Source: Oopsacas minuta
Taxonomy: Eukaryota > Animalia > Porifera
Direction: 5' to 3'
Assembly: GCA_024704765.1 (NCBI GenBank)
Contig: JAKMXF010000307.1
Location: forward strand, 124,001 to 188,000
Length of the DNA: 64,000 nucleotides
This document shows positions 12,964 through 25,872 of this stretch, in pieces. The notes under the pieces are model-generated. The model worked only from the letters and a program-made list of their open reading frames with translations. It was not told where the DNA came from and did not search any database. Numbering within the stretch: the first letter of the stretch is position 1; every line of letters starts with the position of its first letter. The translations under genes were made by a program, and so were the position numbers.

Positions 12964-15513
12964 TTACAACTGTGCCAGATCAGGATTATTTCGAAAGTAG
13001 AAGCCGAATTTTATGAGTCTTAAGCCAATAGGCTGGTTATAATGAAATTTGCTTGATACACTGATATTTATGTGTTCACAAATAACATAAACTATTGTAG
13101 AATGCAATTGAATTTGTCCATTCCAGAAATACACGTGAAACACTAGAAGTAGAGACGATCTAATGGCAATAGTCAGAAATTTCAAGTTGATCTATTGACA
13201 ACTTACAAATTCTACCAAATGCAGGGCGAAACTATGACTAGATTTCCACCAATTTGGATATTTTAAAACACCTTAATGACCACTGCTCCACCAATATAAA
13301 AGATAGATGGTAGAAATCTGAACATCAAGAAACCGACAATATGTCGAATGTCTTGACGTCATGCCTTTTACCAAATATAAAGTCATCATGGCTGCACAAA
13401 ATATCAAACTTTGCTGAATTTCTATAATTTTGAGAATTTCATGATGCACGAGTCGCCAAGTGCCAAGATTAAAAAACGAAGAGCCACGTAGCAGCTCCAG
13501 TATTAACAAAGAAGGCCATTAATTGACCATTGATAATATATAACTATAATCTCAGGAAAATTAACATCAAGGTAAGTAGTGCCGAGTATATCTAGTCGCT
13601 TAGCTACCCAACAGCATTGACAAATGCATGTTTCATGCTTATGCTAAAACAAGGGACTAAGCTCAAGGATTCTCATACTGTATCTCATTCCCGTGCCAAT
13701 AATCTATTGATATGCAAGCTCTGCCACATAGGAACAAATAGTAAAATGCTAATAATTCAACTAAACTTGCTCTAAATAATAACATCAACTCATACTGAGG
13801 TAATACAGACCTGTAGAATGCAAATATTCTATTAGCATAGGCGCAACTAGGACCATTTAGGGTGGGTATGATCTGATCTTGCCACACCCAAATTCAAGAG
13901 CCTAGTTGGGCTAATGATTCCTAAAATTGGCACTTCCGACATACTTAGAACAAATATTACCTATATATATTTAGATATGAAAGTGGTAGTAAATAATTAG
14001 GGAAGGAAGGAATGAAAAAGATTAGAAATTTTACATTTACAACGTATATGATAGTTGCCAATAAAACTGCAGCCAATTTACTTCCTAAATATTTAACTAG
14101 AGGAGTTAAGGGTGGGGATAAATGCCCACTTTACCCACCCTATGTCTATGCTCACAAGGTCATAATGCACTAGCAATTCCTTAGTCAGGACCCCATCCTC
14201 TTGTCCTAGCTAATTGAAGGACTGTTCTCTAGCGACGCAAGTAATGAAGCAGTAAAGGTACGTAAACATGATACCGAGTGCATAGAAATAATTGTTCACT
14301 TGTGTCATCATTGGTGATAAAATAATTGTTATTTGGGAGTTTTCTCGGGTTTTATCTGGCGAACTTTCTCAGTTATTTGACCTAGAATGAGTTCTGAGGT
14401 TATATCAGTCTGTATGAATACATCAGCACTTTGAGATAAAGTTAACGAAACGAATTAAATATCAAATGGGTTTACAGAGGAGGATCCGATAGAATTAAGT
14501 GAATCTCCGGATATACTGGGAGTATGTCAACGCCATGACAATATTATGGCGATAATATAATACCTTTGTCTAGAAATTTGAACTGGGGGGCTAGTATCTT
14601 GCAAATATGACACGGTTTGAGTTACAGTAGAAGTGGATAAAGTTGAAAGTCGAGCAATAAATATTTCATTTTCTCAAGCAAATTCAAGTTCATATATATT
14701 AAAGTAAAATACAAGTTAGATATTATCTAATTACAGGAGGAGTTATTGAAAATTCTTAGATAAATGAAGTGAAATTTGGATGATCTCAAATCTATTGAGG
14801 AAAAATCCATAAGATTTAAGCCTCAAAATATTTATTTGTGAATAAACCGATTTATATGGTAATTGAAGCTAAATACACTCTGGTTAATATTTCGGAACAG
14901 TATACAGTATAGATTTCTTCAAGCAATATTTTCGGATAAATGACTTTACTGATGCCACATTATGGATAAATCATCCAAGACTTGATATTCGTTCAGTTGA
15001 ATTATAGTATTACCTCGATTACTAGCTTGGCCAATTAGTAATATCAATTTTCAAGCAACCTTAAGGGGGAACTGCAATATTTAGAAACATGTTTATTTTA
15101 ATAACCATAACTATGTGCTTGCATTATGTGCACTAATCCTAAAGCAGTAGATTAATGGTATCTTCATAAATATGAATGAAATTGCAGAGAGGATTAAGGC
15201 AAGAAATATCGAGACCAACAGAGTTCGAGAAAGAAATGATACACGATCACCGAAGTATATGTTAAAACCGTTGAGGATATGGCAATTCAGCCACATCTAT
15301 ACAGTATCCTACCACAGGACTGAGGAGAACTATGCTACATCATGATACAAATGGCTTAGATCACGCTTAATCACAAGTCAGTTAATGAATAATATATGGG
15401 AAATAAATTCATTTTACTAGCAAACCATTGGAGAACAATGTTTCCTCTTGAAAGGAGTACCTTGTAAGAAATTACAATTCTGATTATTACATTCATTCCA
15501 TTTGATATATTAG

Positions 15514-15927
15514 CTAACTCGTTAACTTAAACAGTGGTATTACTATATTGTGCCTGTTTTGAATAAGCGGGAAAATTGATATTTTCAGATTTACATACGT
15601 CGGATGTCTGTCTACTTGCGCTTTCCTATTTCGAGAATATCTAGCAGGTAGGTGGACTTGTAAAACAATGGTTTTGGATTTACCAGCAATCATTTCTGTA
15701 GTGATCATTTCAATACAAACATTAGAAGTATTGATTTCACGGGATTCACTGAATATTAGCTTCATAGCATAAGCTGCGATAGTTTGGGAATCAACTTTTC
15801 TTTGTCTACAATTATATCTAGTATATTCAGGAGGGGCATCAATCGCAATCTTATACCTTTCAGTGATAGTTATCACAAGGTTTCCGTGTTTCTTTTCAAA
15901 TAGCTGTTTCAATGATACTTCATTCAA
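15514..15927 (-). pseudogene. Possible decayed Ty3/gypsy gag-like fragment
   Basis: LVITITERYK...RQRK..SQTIAAYAMKL weakly resembles gag 'VIxERYKFxxRxQxxxESxxxY'. No LTRs or intact pol seen. Confidence 0.25.
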
Positions 15928-17606
15928 ACTTTTCGTTTTCTTCGAGTGTCTGTTAGTAAGGAGTAAAATAGCTTATCTTGCCAAACTAATATGTATTTTT
16001 AGTTTCTCGCAGATTTTACGGTTAGATTTGAGAAGTAGGGTCGCAAATTCAAGTCTTGAATGAATGCTAAAGCAGCACTTCGTGCCGATTCCTTTGATTC
16101 AAGATACTTCCAAGCTTCAAGATAAATCAAAATTATTCTATTTGGGAATTTCCAAATACACAAATAATGTCATAATGTATTTGAAAATTTGCTCACCTGA
16201 ACAGATGGATTGGATAGGCATATCAGGTCGAGGGGCTAGGGTTAAGGGAGCCAAAAATTTACAATGGATTGTTACTATAATGATTCGTAATGATATAAGC
16301 TATCTTTAGCATACCTAATTGTGTTGAAAGCCTATTGAGAACAAGTGCTAAGTATGAGTGAGGATTAATTGCAACAAAACATTTGTTCAAATTAATGGCA
16401 AAGACATCGCACAAAAGCAAAATATCGATATGTATAAATTTGATTTAGAATAAGAAAATAGTTATTCCTAGGTGTATAGTTATGGCGAAGACAACTGAAT
16501 TATTTCTAAAACAATCAGAGGTAAGTGGAAATATTTCCTAATTCCCGTCACTAACTAATATGGTGTTATCGAATGCATTTATGGATTTAAACATATTGAG
16601 AATATTCCGTACCCAGTGGGTATTACTATTTGGGTCATAAAACTCTTATAAAATGCCCTCATTGGTATGTACAATGTGTGACGTCCGTCCGCAAGGCCGT
16701 ACGAAGTATAGTAGTCCGATCTACATTACAATTTATACACATATACATTGGAGGCGGCGATATACACTAAGGCTATGAATATTTTCTAAATGTATTATAC
16801 AACTTTTACCGTTATTAGTCATATTCTCCATCATTTTTGTGTTAAATACACCAGCAGGTTAGAAATAGGTTTTCATACATTTTCAGGAGTAATTGGGTCA
16901 TAGATTCCGAATTTTGATATTTTCAGAGTCTGAAAGTTACAAATTCATAGATTTATTACCTGATTAAAAATAATTACTCAGTCCTTTGCTGAAAGATATT
17001 ATAGATTCCATTTCAACAGTTAGTGAAGGTAATCAAGTATGCAGATTCCAATTTTGACATTTCAAATCTATACCTACATCAAGGGTGTAATACTAAGTAT
17101 AAAAATATGGTAACTCTTCCAAATACTACCACCCCACACAAAATGACCTCAAGTAATTACAAATTTGTCTAAAAGCAAAATGTTGTGCAAAACCTGACTT
17201 ACTATGAATCAGACTCCTTAAATATTGTAAATCAAAGGAAAAAGACAAATTATAAATATCAAATTTTGCATACGAATAGTATTTATGTAACAAGGTTTTT
17301 CGTAATTTGAGGAGAAAACATATATATATTTGAATTATGTGTGAAAATATGATTAGAATAGTGAAAATATTCAAATTTACTGTTAGAATTTCAGACGTAA
17401 ACAGTTAGCAGAAGGTAACTTATATTCAAAACAAGATATTTCAATTCTATCAATTTAAATCAAAATCTTAACAAATTCCAGCATAATATGATGATAATAT
17501 TCGTTTCTTCTTTTGCTGAACGAACAACAGCATATATTTTCTAAATACAAAACATTTTAAATTAATGTAAAGATAACACAATAATTTGGGTAACAAATTT
17601 AATGTA

Positions 17607-18774
17607 CAGGGTGTTAAGAAATTGATGTCCCATTTTATACCATGCATATTTCAATAATGCGAACTAGAAAGGTGTGCTATTTACTTTCCTATGTAATCTC
17701 CATTTAATTTTAAACATTTATTAATGCGAGAGGGCATCCCTGCTATGAGTTTCTCTAGTGTCTCCGGTGAGATTTCCTTCCAGGCCAAAATCAGCTGCTT
17801 TTCTAACATTTTTAGGTTGGTTGCTCGCTCCATTGAATCCAGTTTGGTTTGCAAAATAGCCCAGAGGTTCTCAATAGGATTTAAGTCTGGTGTGTTTGGA
17901 GGCCATATGTCCTTGGTCCAAAACCCTGGCATATTGTTTTTTAGCCATTCCTGGCTTCTTTTGGAGGTATTTGCTGGGGCCCCATCTTGTTGAAAAATTG
18001 CTTTGGACCTTTCTAGCAACAATTTTCTCTCCAGAATAGTCCCTGGATCTCTCGTTCGAAGCATGCTGGGTATTAGAGACTGTTTCAATATAACTTCCAC
18101 ATAATATTCTGATGTCACAGTTTGTCCTTTGGGGATAATGTGGAGATGTGAGAGGGCTCGGTATGACATCACACCCCAGACCATGATTTTTCCAGGAAAT
18201 TTGACCTTTTCGGTAGGAGGAACATTGGAACTAGATTTCGCCCAAACTCGGTCGTTTTGTTTATTTGGAGTGTGGAATACCTCAAAGGAGGACTCGTCCG
18301 AGAATAAAACCCTTCGCCAGCTATCAATTGACCAATTCTTCCTTTCATTACAGAATTTTATCCGAGCTGTCCTCTGTTTTTCCGTCAATTTGGGTTGAAC
18401 CTGGGGTTTGTATGGTCGAACTTTCAGATTTTTGCGTAAATACGAGTGTACTGCAGCAACCAGCGCCGAATGGTACGGACAGATACTCCTACAACCTTGG
18501 CCACTTTATTAATAAAAATCCCAGTTTCTATCATGCAAACTGCACGTGTACGGACAGCTAGAGTAGCTTCTTTGACCATGATTATTTCTTGTATATGAAA
18601 AGTAAGAAAAATTGAACAAGAGAGTATTTTTAGTGTCTATAATTTTCGGAATTTACAGGAATTCTATTATTTCAAATACGTAGAATAAGAATTGGAAGCT
18701 AAAACACGATTCAAATAGTTAATTTATGGCTCTATTTAATTTCAAAATGGTGACATCAATTTCTTAACACCCTG
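17607..18774 (-). mobile_element. Tc1-like DD37E element with N-terminal deletion
   Basis: TA|cagggtgttaagaaattgatgtc ... gacatcaatttcttaacaccctg|TA. ORF has FSDES, QQDGAP and DLNPIE with 37 aa spacing. Confidence 0.9.
17681..18388 (-). CDS. DD37E transposase catalytic domain (235 aa, DNA-binding region largely missing)
   Basis: Open ORF with a complete DDE triad inside TIRs. Confidence 0.75.
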   Translation of the reverse strand: MTEKQRTARIKFCNERKNWSIDSWRRVLFSDESSFEVFHTPNKQNDRVWAKSSSNVPPTEKVKFPGKIMVWGVMSYRALSHLHIIPKGQTVTSEYYVEVILKQSLIPSMLRTRDPGTILERKLLLERSKAIFQQDGAPANTSKRSQEWLKNNMPGFWTKDIWPPNTPDLNPIENLWAILQTKLDSMERATNLKMLEKQLILAWKEISPETLEKLIAGMPSRINKCLKLNGDYIGK

Positions 18775-20879
18775 TACACATGTGTATTCAATATGGTCCT
18801 CAAATATAAAAATAATCTTTAGTATAGTATGAGAGAGAACCAAAACATAAGCAACTTGAGTCACCAATCACAGTAGTGTGTTCTAAGAATATCAATGTAA
18901 GTTGGACAAGAAACCTTCTGGGAGATCCTTGCATGAACATCGCCAACAAGTTGTCTTTGCTTGAAATCACAATTAAAGTATTCCATAAAGTTGTTACAGA
19001 GCCTAGTATAACCTCGGATAGATATTAATCTAAAAGCGTAAAGTCTGGTTGTGAATCATCATCCAAAAAATTCCTTTTGAATGGTTAAAAATTTATTGCA
19101 AAAATGAAATGGCTGGGTGTTTGTAAAATACCTAACTACGGAATATGAGGGACAAAAGCTAAAGACTGAATTATTTACAAATAAATTCAATGGAAGATAA
19201 ATCATCAATTTCACCTATGACTAGCTGCACGTCTATTTCGCTATAATGTATAGCATCACATAACGTTGGGTATTAATCAACAAATGTCAGAAGTGAATAA
19301 CCTAGTGTCCATTTGGGAGGCAAATGTCTTGAAAATATTGGATAATTTTAGATGGGTTTGAGTTCCAAAAATCTGAAGATATGTAATATGATCATTTGCA
19401 CCTGACATCATACGATAAAGGGCAAAATGATGTCTAAGGAATCTGTGTGTAAAAAGAACTCAAGAAATAATTAAATACACAAAACTTAGTTGAATAATTG
19501 GGTATCATAGGCAAAACAATCAAGAATGTTCATGCTGGTAAAGGTTTGCTTACTCAATTTTCATTTATATTCTGGTAATGCTTGCCAAGTCACTAACCAG
19601 AATGCCATACAAGCTAAGAAGGAATATCGTCAGTCCTGGAATATTAAAGGTCTTGAGATATTATCATTTAACGTTGACCTTTAAATAGGGTATTTATATT
19701 GAATATTTTCCAAATTTTAAGGAGGATATCAACAAACTCATGGGTATTTTGCTGGTTTCTGGCTGATGAAGTCCATTTTGTATTCCTAAGCGTCAATAGT
19801 CAATTCATGGGTAACTTTCAGAACCGGTGCTCATCAATAGAAGGAAAACATACTTTGACATTTAACTTTGGAGCAAATTTAGATAAAGAATGTCTCTTTG
19901 AATTATAGAGGAGGCGCACATCAAGGAAAAAATACTGATATAACTTGAACTGGTTATTCTGATGGACTCAACAAAATGCTTCGAAAGTTGGGGAAGTGAT
20001 AGCTCTGATGGTTATCTTTCTGATACAACCAGTTGTTTCGGACTAATTTCAAAATTGGTACAAAATATGGAATACACAACCCCTTGCTTTGGTAAACAAG
20101 CAAGGTGTGGTACATTCAGTTCCTACATTCATATTTGGAAGAGAATTGCTTGAATAAATTCACATCTAAAGGGTAATTATCTATAGAAATATCCATAGAA
20201 AAATGTACTTCCCATTGTTAAGATTCAATACCCAAAATACAAGATCTGACATTGGGAAAAAAGCCAAGATTTGACTGAGAACATTATATTTTTTCTCTTC
20301 TTAGGAATATCAGTGTTCTCTAATTGTCCAAGAATAAATTGTAGCTTGGCACAACATGAAAATAATTAGATCAGAATTAATTAATAACCAATATGTTCTT
20401 TTGGCCTAGAGATATGGTGGAGATATCTCTAGTTAGGAAAAGAGTTTGGATTACTATGAATTTCTGATAATAGAATTTTAGTCTGTCGAAGATCAGTGAT
20501 AGACCTATGGGTAAGAGAACAAACTTGTCCATACAGATAGCCATCCTATGATAAGTAGGAATTTATTTCAAAAGAAACATCTACAGAAATCATATGATTT
20601 TTAATCTTTGGCAAGAATAATTTAACAGTTATCCGCTGTAACCAACCGATCCAGTCAGTTGGGAGTGTTATCAAACTTATCTTATCTCGTAGCGTTATTA
20701 CACAACCAACACATACAGTATGTCCCACAATTATTGGCATTGATTTTAACTATCGATTACTTCTACCCTGTAAAATATTTATTATTTTGAACTTTATTAC
20801 ATCAATATACTGATGAATAAGAAAGATGTATATGTGATCCAACAACGAATAAATTAATATCTAATTTTTCCACCCTTAT

Positions 20880-23311
20880 TTTTCAAACAGAGTTTAATTC
20901 TTTTCTCCATTGAAAGGCAAAACGGCCTAATAAATTCAGGATCGAATGATTGCCATATCTCAATAATTCCCTTCTTCAACTTTTCTACAGCTTTGGTGCT
21001 CGCACCATAAGTCTTCTTTTGAGTACACCCCATAGATTTTCAATAGGAGCTAGATCAGGACTGTTGGGGGGGGGGCCAATCAATCCTGTGGGGTACAAAT
21101 TGGGACGTCCATGCTTTTGCCACCTTTCCTGTATGCACTGGGCTATTGTCCTCTTCCAAAATCCAAACATTACCATAGAGAGCGTCAGCCTGCTCTATCA
21201 AGTATTCGTTGAGAGTAGAAATATAACGCAATTAATTAAAGTTCTCTGTACAGGGGCATTCAATATATACTAATCACTGTATATTTTTAATGAAATAGCA
21301 GTTCTAAGCTAGTATTTCTCAGTGCAATTATATAGAACCATATTTCAACTTTCTAACAAAACTTAGGGAGAGTTGATCACTTAATTATTTCCTAAGTTTC
21401 AGTTATTTTTAGAAACCTACATTTTCTCCTTTACATTTTTCATGGCTTCTTGTCCAAATTTTTCGGAACTTGAACAACGAACGTACATCAAATTTCGCAC
21501 CATTCTCGAAATCCCTCCAAAGTCTATTTATGACGAGTTGGCAACGATATGTGGAGAAGATACTTTATCGTATTCAACTGTCAGAAGGTGGGTGAGCCTA
21601 TTTAGGGAAGGTAGGACCTTTGTCCAAGACGCCCCTCGTCCTGGAGCACCAAAACTGGCGACCAACAATGACAAATTGAGTGAAGTAAAGGAATATGTCA
21701 AGTCTTTTCCGCATTCTTCGGTTGAGGAGGTAGCTAACTATGTTGGCATTTCAACGGGAAGTGCACACACAATTCTGAAGGCGGATTTAGAACTGAGGAA
21801 GGTCCAAGTACGATGGGCACCACATTGCTTAACTTTTCCACCAAAGGCCGCGAGACTCCAAATGGCTAAGGAAAACCTTGATTTTATGAAGGAAGTGACC
21901 CTAGGCGGTTATTAGAGATAGTAACAGGAGATGAAACATGGATACAATTCAAACCACCGATCAGAAAGCAAGATGGCAGGGTATGGCTAAAGAAGGGAGA
22001 GGTACCCCCAGCTGTTTGTGTATCCGACTTCCGTGCCCCGAAGGTCTTGTACTGCATATTTTTCGATGGCCTAAGTCCTGTAGCCCAAATCCCTGTTCCC
22101 AAAGGTCAGACACTCACAGAACAATTTTACGCAGATGTGGTGTTGCCTGAGGTCGAAAAACATTATCTTAAGCGTCGTCCAAAGACTGGAACTCGTGGTC
22201 TCAAAATTTTGCACGATAATGCTAGACCGCATAAATCTTTGGCTGTAAGGCAAAAAATTAAAGATATGGGTATGCACGAAGTTCCACATCCACCTTACTC
22301 CCCTGATATAGCCCCGTGTGACTTCTGGCTGTTTAGAAAACTCAAAGATAACCTCTCCGGATGCGAATTTGAGGATCGGCTCAGTCTCGGTCCGGCAGTT
22401 AACAGATACCTTGAAGTCATTCCCAAGGATGAGTACAGAAAGACATTTGAAAATTGGATTAAAAGGCTAAATTCAGTTGTAGCGTATAAAGAAGACTACT
22501 TTGAACAATCATAGCAAAAATTACCAACTTTACACAAGTATCTATAGTTTTAGATGGTATGATTATTGAATGCCCCTGTAAAAATACACAATGGCGTAGC
22601 CCCCATCAGAGAAATGCCACCCCAAAGATGAACTTTGGATAGATGTCGATATGAAGGCAATTCAACTGGTTGACCTTTCTTTGTCCACACTTTAACTTTT
22701 CCCGAATCGAGCCAGATTGAACATTCGTCTGTAAAAAATGTTTTTGACCAATCAAACCTTTTCATATCCTTACACCAATTGACGCGCTTTTGGACCTGAA
22801 GGTCAGTTAATGCTAGAATTCGAACCACAAGGGGATTTTACGAAATTTTGTCTTTTAAGGTGACGATATACAGTACTTTTCCCGACATTCGATTGCAATC
22901 TGGTAGTCAACTGTCGTACAGACATCCTTGCATTCGATTTTAATAGAATGAGTATCCTTCTCTTGTCGTTTGGTGGAATTTTCGTTGGTGGACCAGCTCC
23001 CTTTTTGCGAAAAGACATTTGTCTTTTTTCATCAGCGCAATAACTCGAAACACAGTTCTGACGGGAACACCAATACGCGATGATATACCTTTAGCGTTGG
23101 TAATTCCCGCATTGTAAAGGCTTTGAATTTCCATTCGACGTTGTTGTTGGGTTTTCAGACCAGCCATGAATAATATCACAATAATAGAATGCTAGCAAAA
23201 ATACAACATAATTTGTGAAAAGAAATGTGAAATCTCTAATGGGTAGTGTTGAAATCAAGGGAGTCTAAACAAAATCAATAATGTATTGTATGTTTCTAAT
23301 ATATTCTGCTG
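20880..23311 (-). mobile_element. Degenerate Tc1-like element split by a mariner; left boundary approximate
   Basis: Fragments KKLSAKREL.../FFTDECSIW...HLWGGISLMGATPLCIFT and PPNSPDLAPIENLWGVLK. Removing 21251-22578 plus one TA restores LCIFT|ENFN. Confidence 0.75.
21251..22578 (+). mobile_element. mariner (DD34D) element, full length, frameshifted
   Basis: TA|caggggcattcaata ... tattgaatgcccctg|TA. ORF pieces 21442-21915 and 22047-22514 with TGDETW, HDNARPH and YSPDIAPCDFWLF (34-aa spacing). Confidence 0.92.
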
Positions 23312-24524
23312 TACATTTCGAACTGGATTACTAAAATATCAAAGAATGGTTGGATAATATTAATTGGTAACAAATCGAGATTACTGCCAATAATTATGGG
23401 ATGAATTGTACCCGAAACATTACAACTCATCATCTCGAGTTTCATATGAGATTGATGGCTTAGTTCAAGGAATTTTGGTCTTTGAAGTTAAAAGAAATAC
23501 GAGGGGATTAGACTCCTCTGATGAAGTCGATGAATAATCGGAAAGGAAATTGGGAAGTAGGGGGGGAAGAGCGCTGAGCTTCAATTTTGATTTTAGGCAC
23601 GAACCTGATAGAATATGTCATCTCCTTGGGTGCTGTGTGAATCATTTCAACATCTTCCTGCTCATATAAGACATATACATTCAAGAAGTCAGCAATACCT
23701 TTTGGATGGAGAGTACGTATCTAAGATTGTTGAATTTCAGGTGGACCTTCAGGAGTTTAAATACCGGAACATGATATTCAAGAGTATACATACGCTAAAT
23801 CCAGGAGCAGACATTTCGGCATTGAAATAACTAAACCTAATTAAAACTAATTGGAAGATAGGTAATTGATAGTGTGTTTGCTCAAGGGGGGGTCCAAAAT
23901 GGCAGTGGAAAGGAATTGCCGAACAACAAAAGTAGGAAAGACAGAAAAACGCAGGTTGAAAACATAATCGGATAAGAACGGGATAGAATATATAGAAAAA
24001 TGAGTTAAAAGTTGATCAAAGTATTTTAGCTATGTGTAAATATAGTTAAATCAAATGCAAAGGTATAAGTTGGAATAATATCGTACACTGCATCTACACA
24101 GTAGCTGCTTTTCGAGGTAGATGGTAGGCCAAGTATAGGACGAGGCAATGAATTCAATATTTGGAGCTGATTGACCAATAAGTATTTTCAATACTCTCTA
24201 GCAAAATAGAATATGGTCTAAGACATATATACAAGTTAACCAAGTATCTAAAGTGAAAATTGGATACATTTACACATATTTAGCTTTTCTATATCCCCAA
24301 TATAAGACATAAATTATTTATGGCGAAGTCAATATGAAGAATTTCAATTTGAATTGTTTGGTTTTCATAGAAATAGTAATAGATAATAACAAATTGGTCG
24401 GAGTTGGGTGGGGCAGCAATAAATGCAAATTGGGAGAGCATTATGTGAAATTGACAATAAAATCATAAATTACCAGGGAACGCCTGGACACTTCGAGTTC
24501 ATTAATTAAGTTTTGAGTGAAATA

Positions 24525-25872
24525 CAATGTCCGTCAAAAAGAATTGCTCAAAATGAATATATACAGTATAGTAGATGCCAAATTGTATACATTGACCAGA
24601 TAGTTGAATTCTTGCGAAACCATACTCAACCATATGTATTTTGACAAGTAATACACCAACACTGCTAATCCACTTATTATACTTGCACAATTTACCAATT
24701 TCATTTTTGTATTCTTATTGCCAATTTATCCCTTTTAATCGAATTTTCAATGCCTTCGAAACCCCGAATTACCATTGAAAATCGGACCAACCTGATACTA
24801 CTTTCAGAAAGTAGCCATACTCAGAGGGAGGTAGCCAAAATGGTTGGATGTAGCAAAAAGTGTAGCCAAGATCTTTAAGAAACACAGACTGACTGGATCG
24901 GTAAGATACCTCGATTTTTTCCGAGTATGCCTCGTGTCAGAGCCAAAAGACAAGACAATTTATTGGTCAGAAAATGCAAAAAGAATTTATTTAAGACTGC
25001 TACTCAGATCAAAGCTGAAGTGTTATCAGAATATTCGATATAACTTTCTACTTCAACAGTCCAGAGATGGTTACGAGGGGCTGGACTATTTGGAAGAAAA
25101 CGCGAAAGAAGCCCCGCCTTACTACCAAGCACAAAAGAGACCGATTTTCCTTCATAAGATCGCACAAGAATTGGAATACTGAAGAATGGGCAAGAGTTGT
25201 GTTCAGTGACGAATCTAGGTTCCTTCTGTATACTAATGACAGGAGCCTACGTTAGGAGGATGAAGGGGAGGAGTTCTCAGAGAGGTGTCTTCAAAAAACT
25301 GGCAAGTTTGGTGGAGGTGGCATCATGGTTTTGGGATGCTTTTGCTGGAGTGGCGTAGGACTCTTGTGGAAAGTATCTAGGAACCTCACGACTAATTCCT
25401 GCAATGAGATATTGGAAAATGCACTATTCCCAAGCGTTGATTTGCATTCTCTACTCCTGGATGGACCTGTCAGCAAGACAACGCCCCATGCCAAAGGTCA
25501 AAGTGTACTAAGCAATAGTTTGGTGAGCAAAAAATAAAGGTATGAATTGGTCTGCTTAGTCACTTGATCTAAATCCGATTGAGAATCTTTGGCATCACAT
25601 TGCCCTCAGAATTCAAGAGAAAACCCCATCAAACTACAAAGAGTTGTGGAATTCCATATTAAGCACTTAGGACAGCATCGACATTAATAGGCTCCATACT
25701 CTAATTGAGAGTATTCCGCAAAGATGTAAAGCCGTAATTCAAGCAAGAGGAGGTTCTACTAAATACTAACGACAATTTTACTTGATTATAATAAAGCATT
25801 ATTGTTAAATCAGTCATAGAGATAAGAATTTGGGGTAAATTTATTCTGAGAAATTCTTATTGATCTGCACTG
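24525..25872 (+). mobile_element. Degenerate Tc1-like element
   Basis: TA TSD (24523-24 / 25873-74), degenerate TIRs, and VVFSDESRF, GGGIMVLGCF, DLNPIENLW fragments. The empty site is visible in the paralogous arm at ~31890. Confidence 0.8.

Larger units (their letters stand above)
8920..13185 (-). mobile_element. Probable MULE (Mutator-like) transposase remnant, fragmented by the mariner and Chapaev3 insertions
   Basis: Fragments FHYNQPIGLRLIKFG (12964-13185) and YFKND...TRAESYHTKLN (8920-9276) resemble the MULE CxFH..Q and TNNxxExxHxxLN motifs in the expected order. Highly decayed, no ends found. Confidence 0.35.

Noticed and set aside
18800-20750. Stretch with coding-like composition on the minus strand
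   Set aside because: Multiple stops in all frames and no recognisable motif or termini, so it cannot be assigned.
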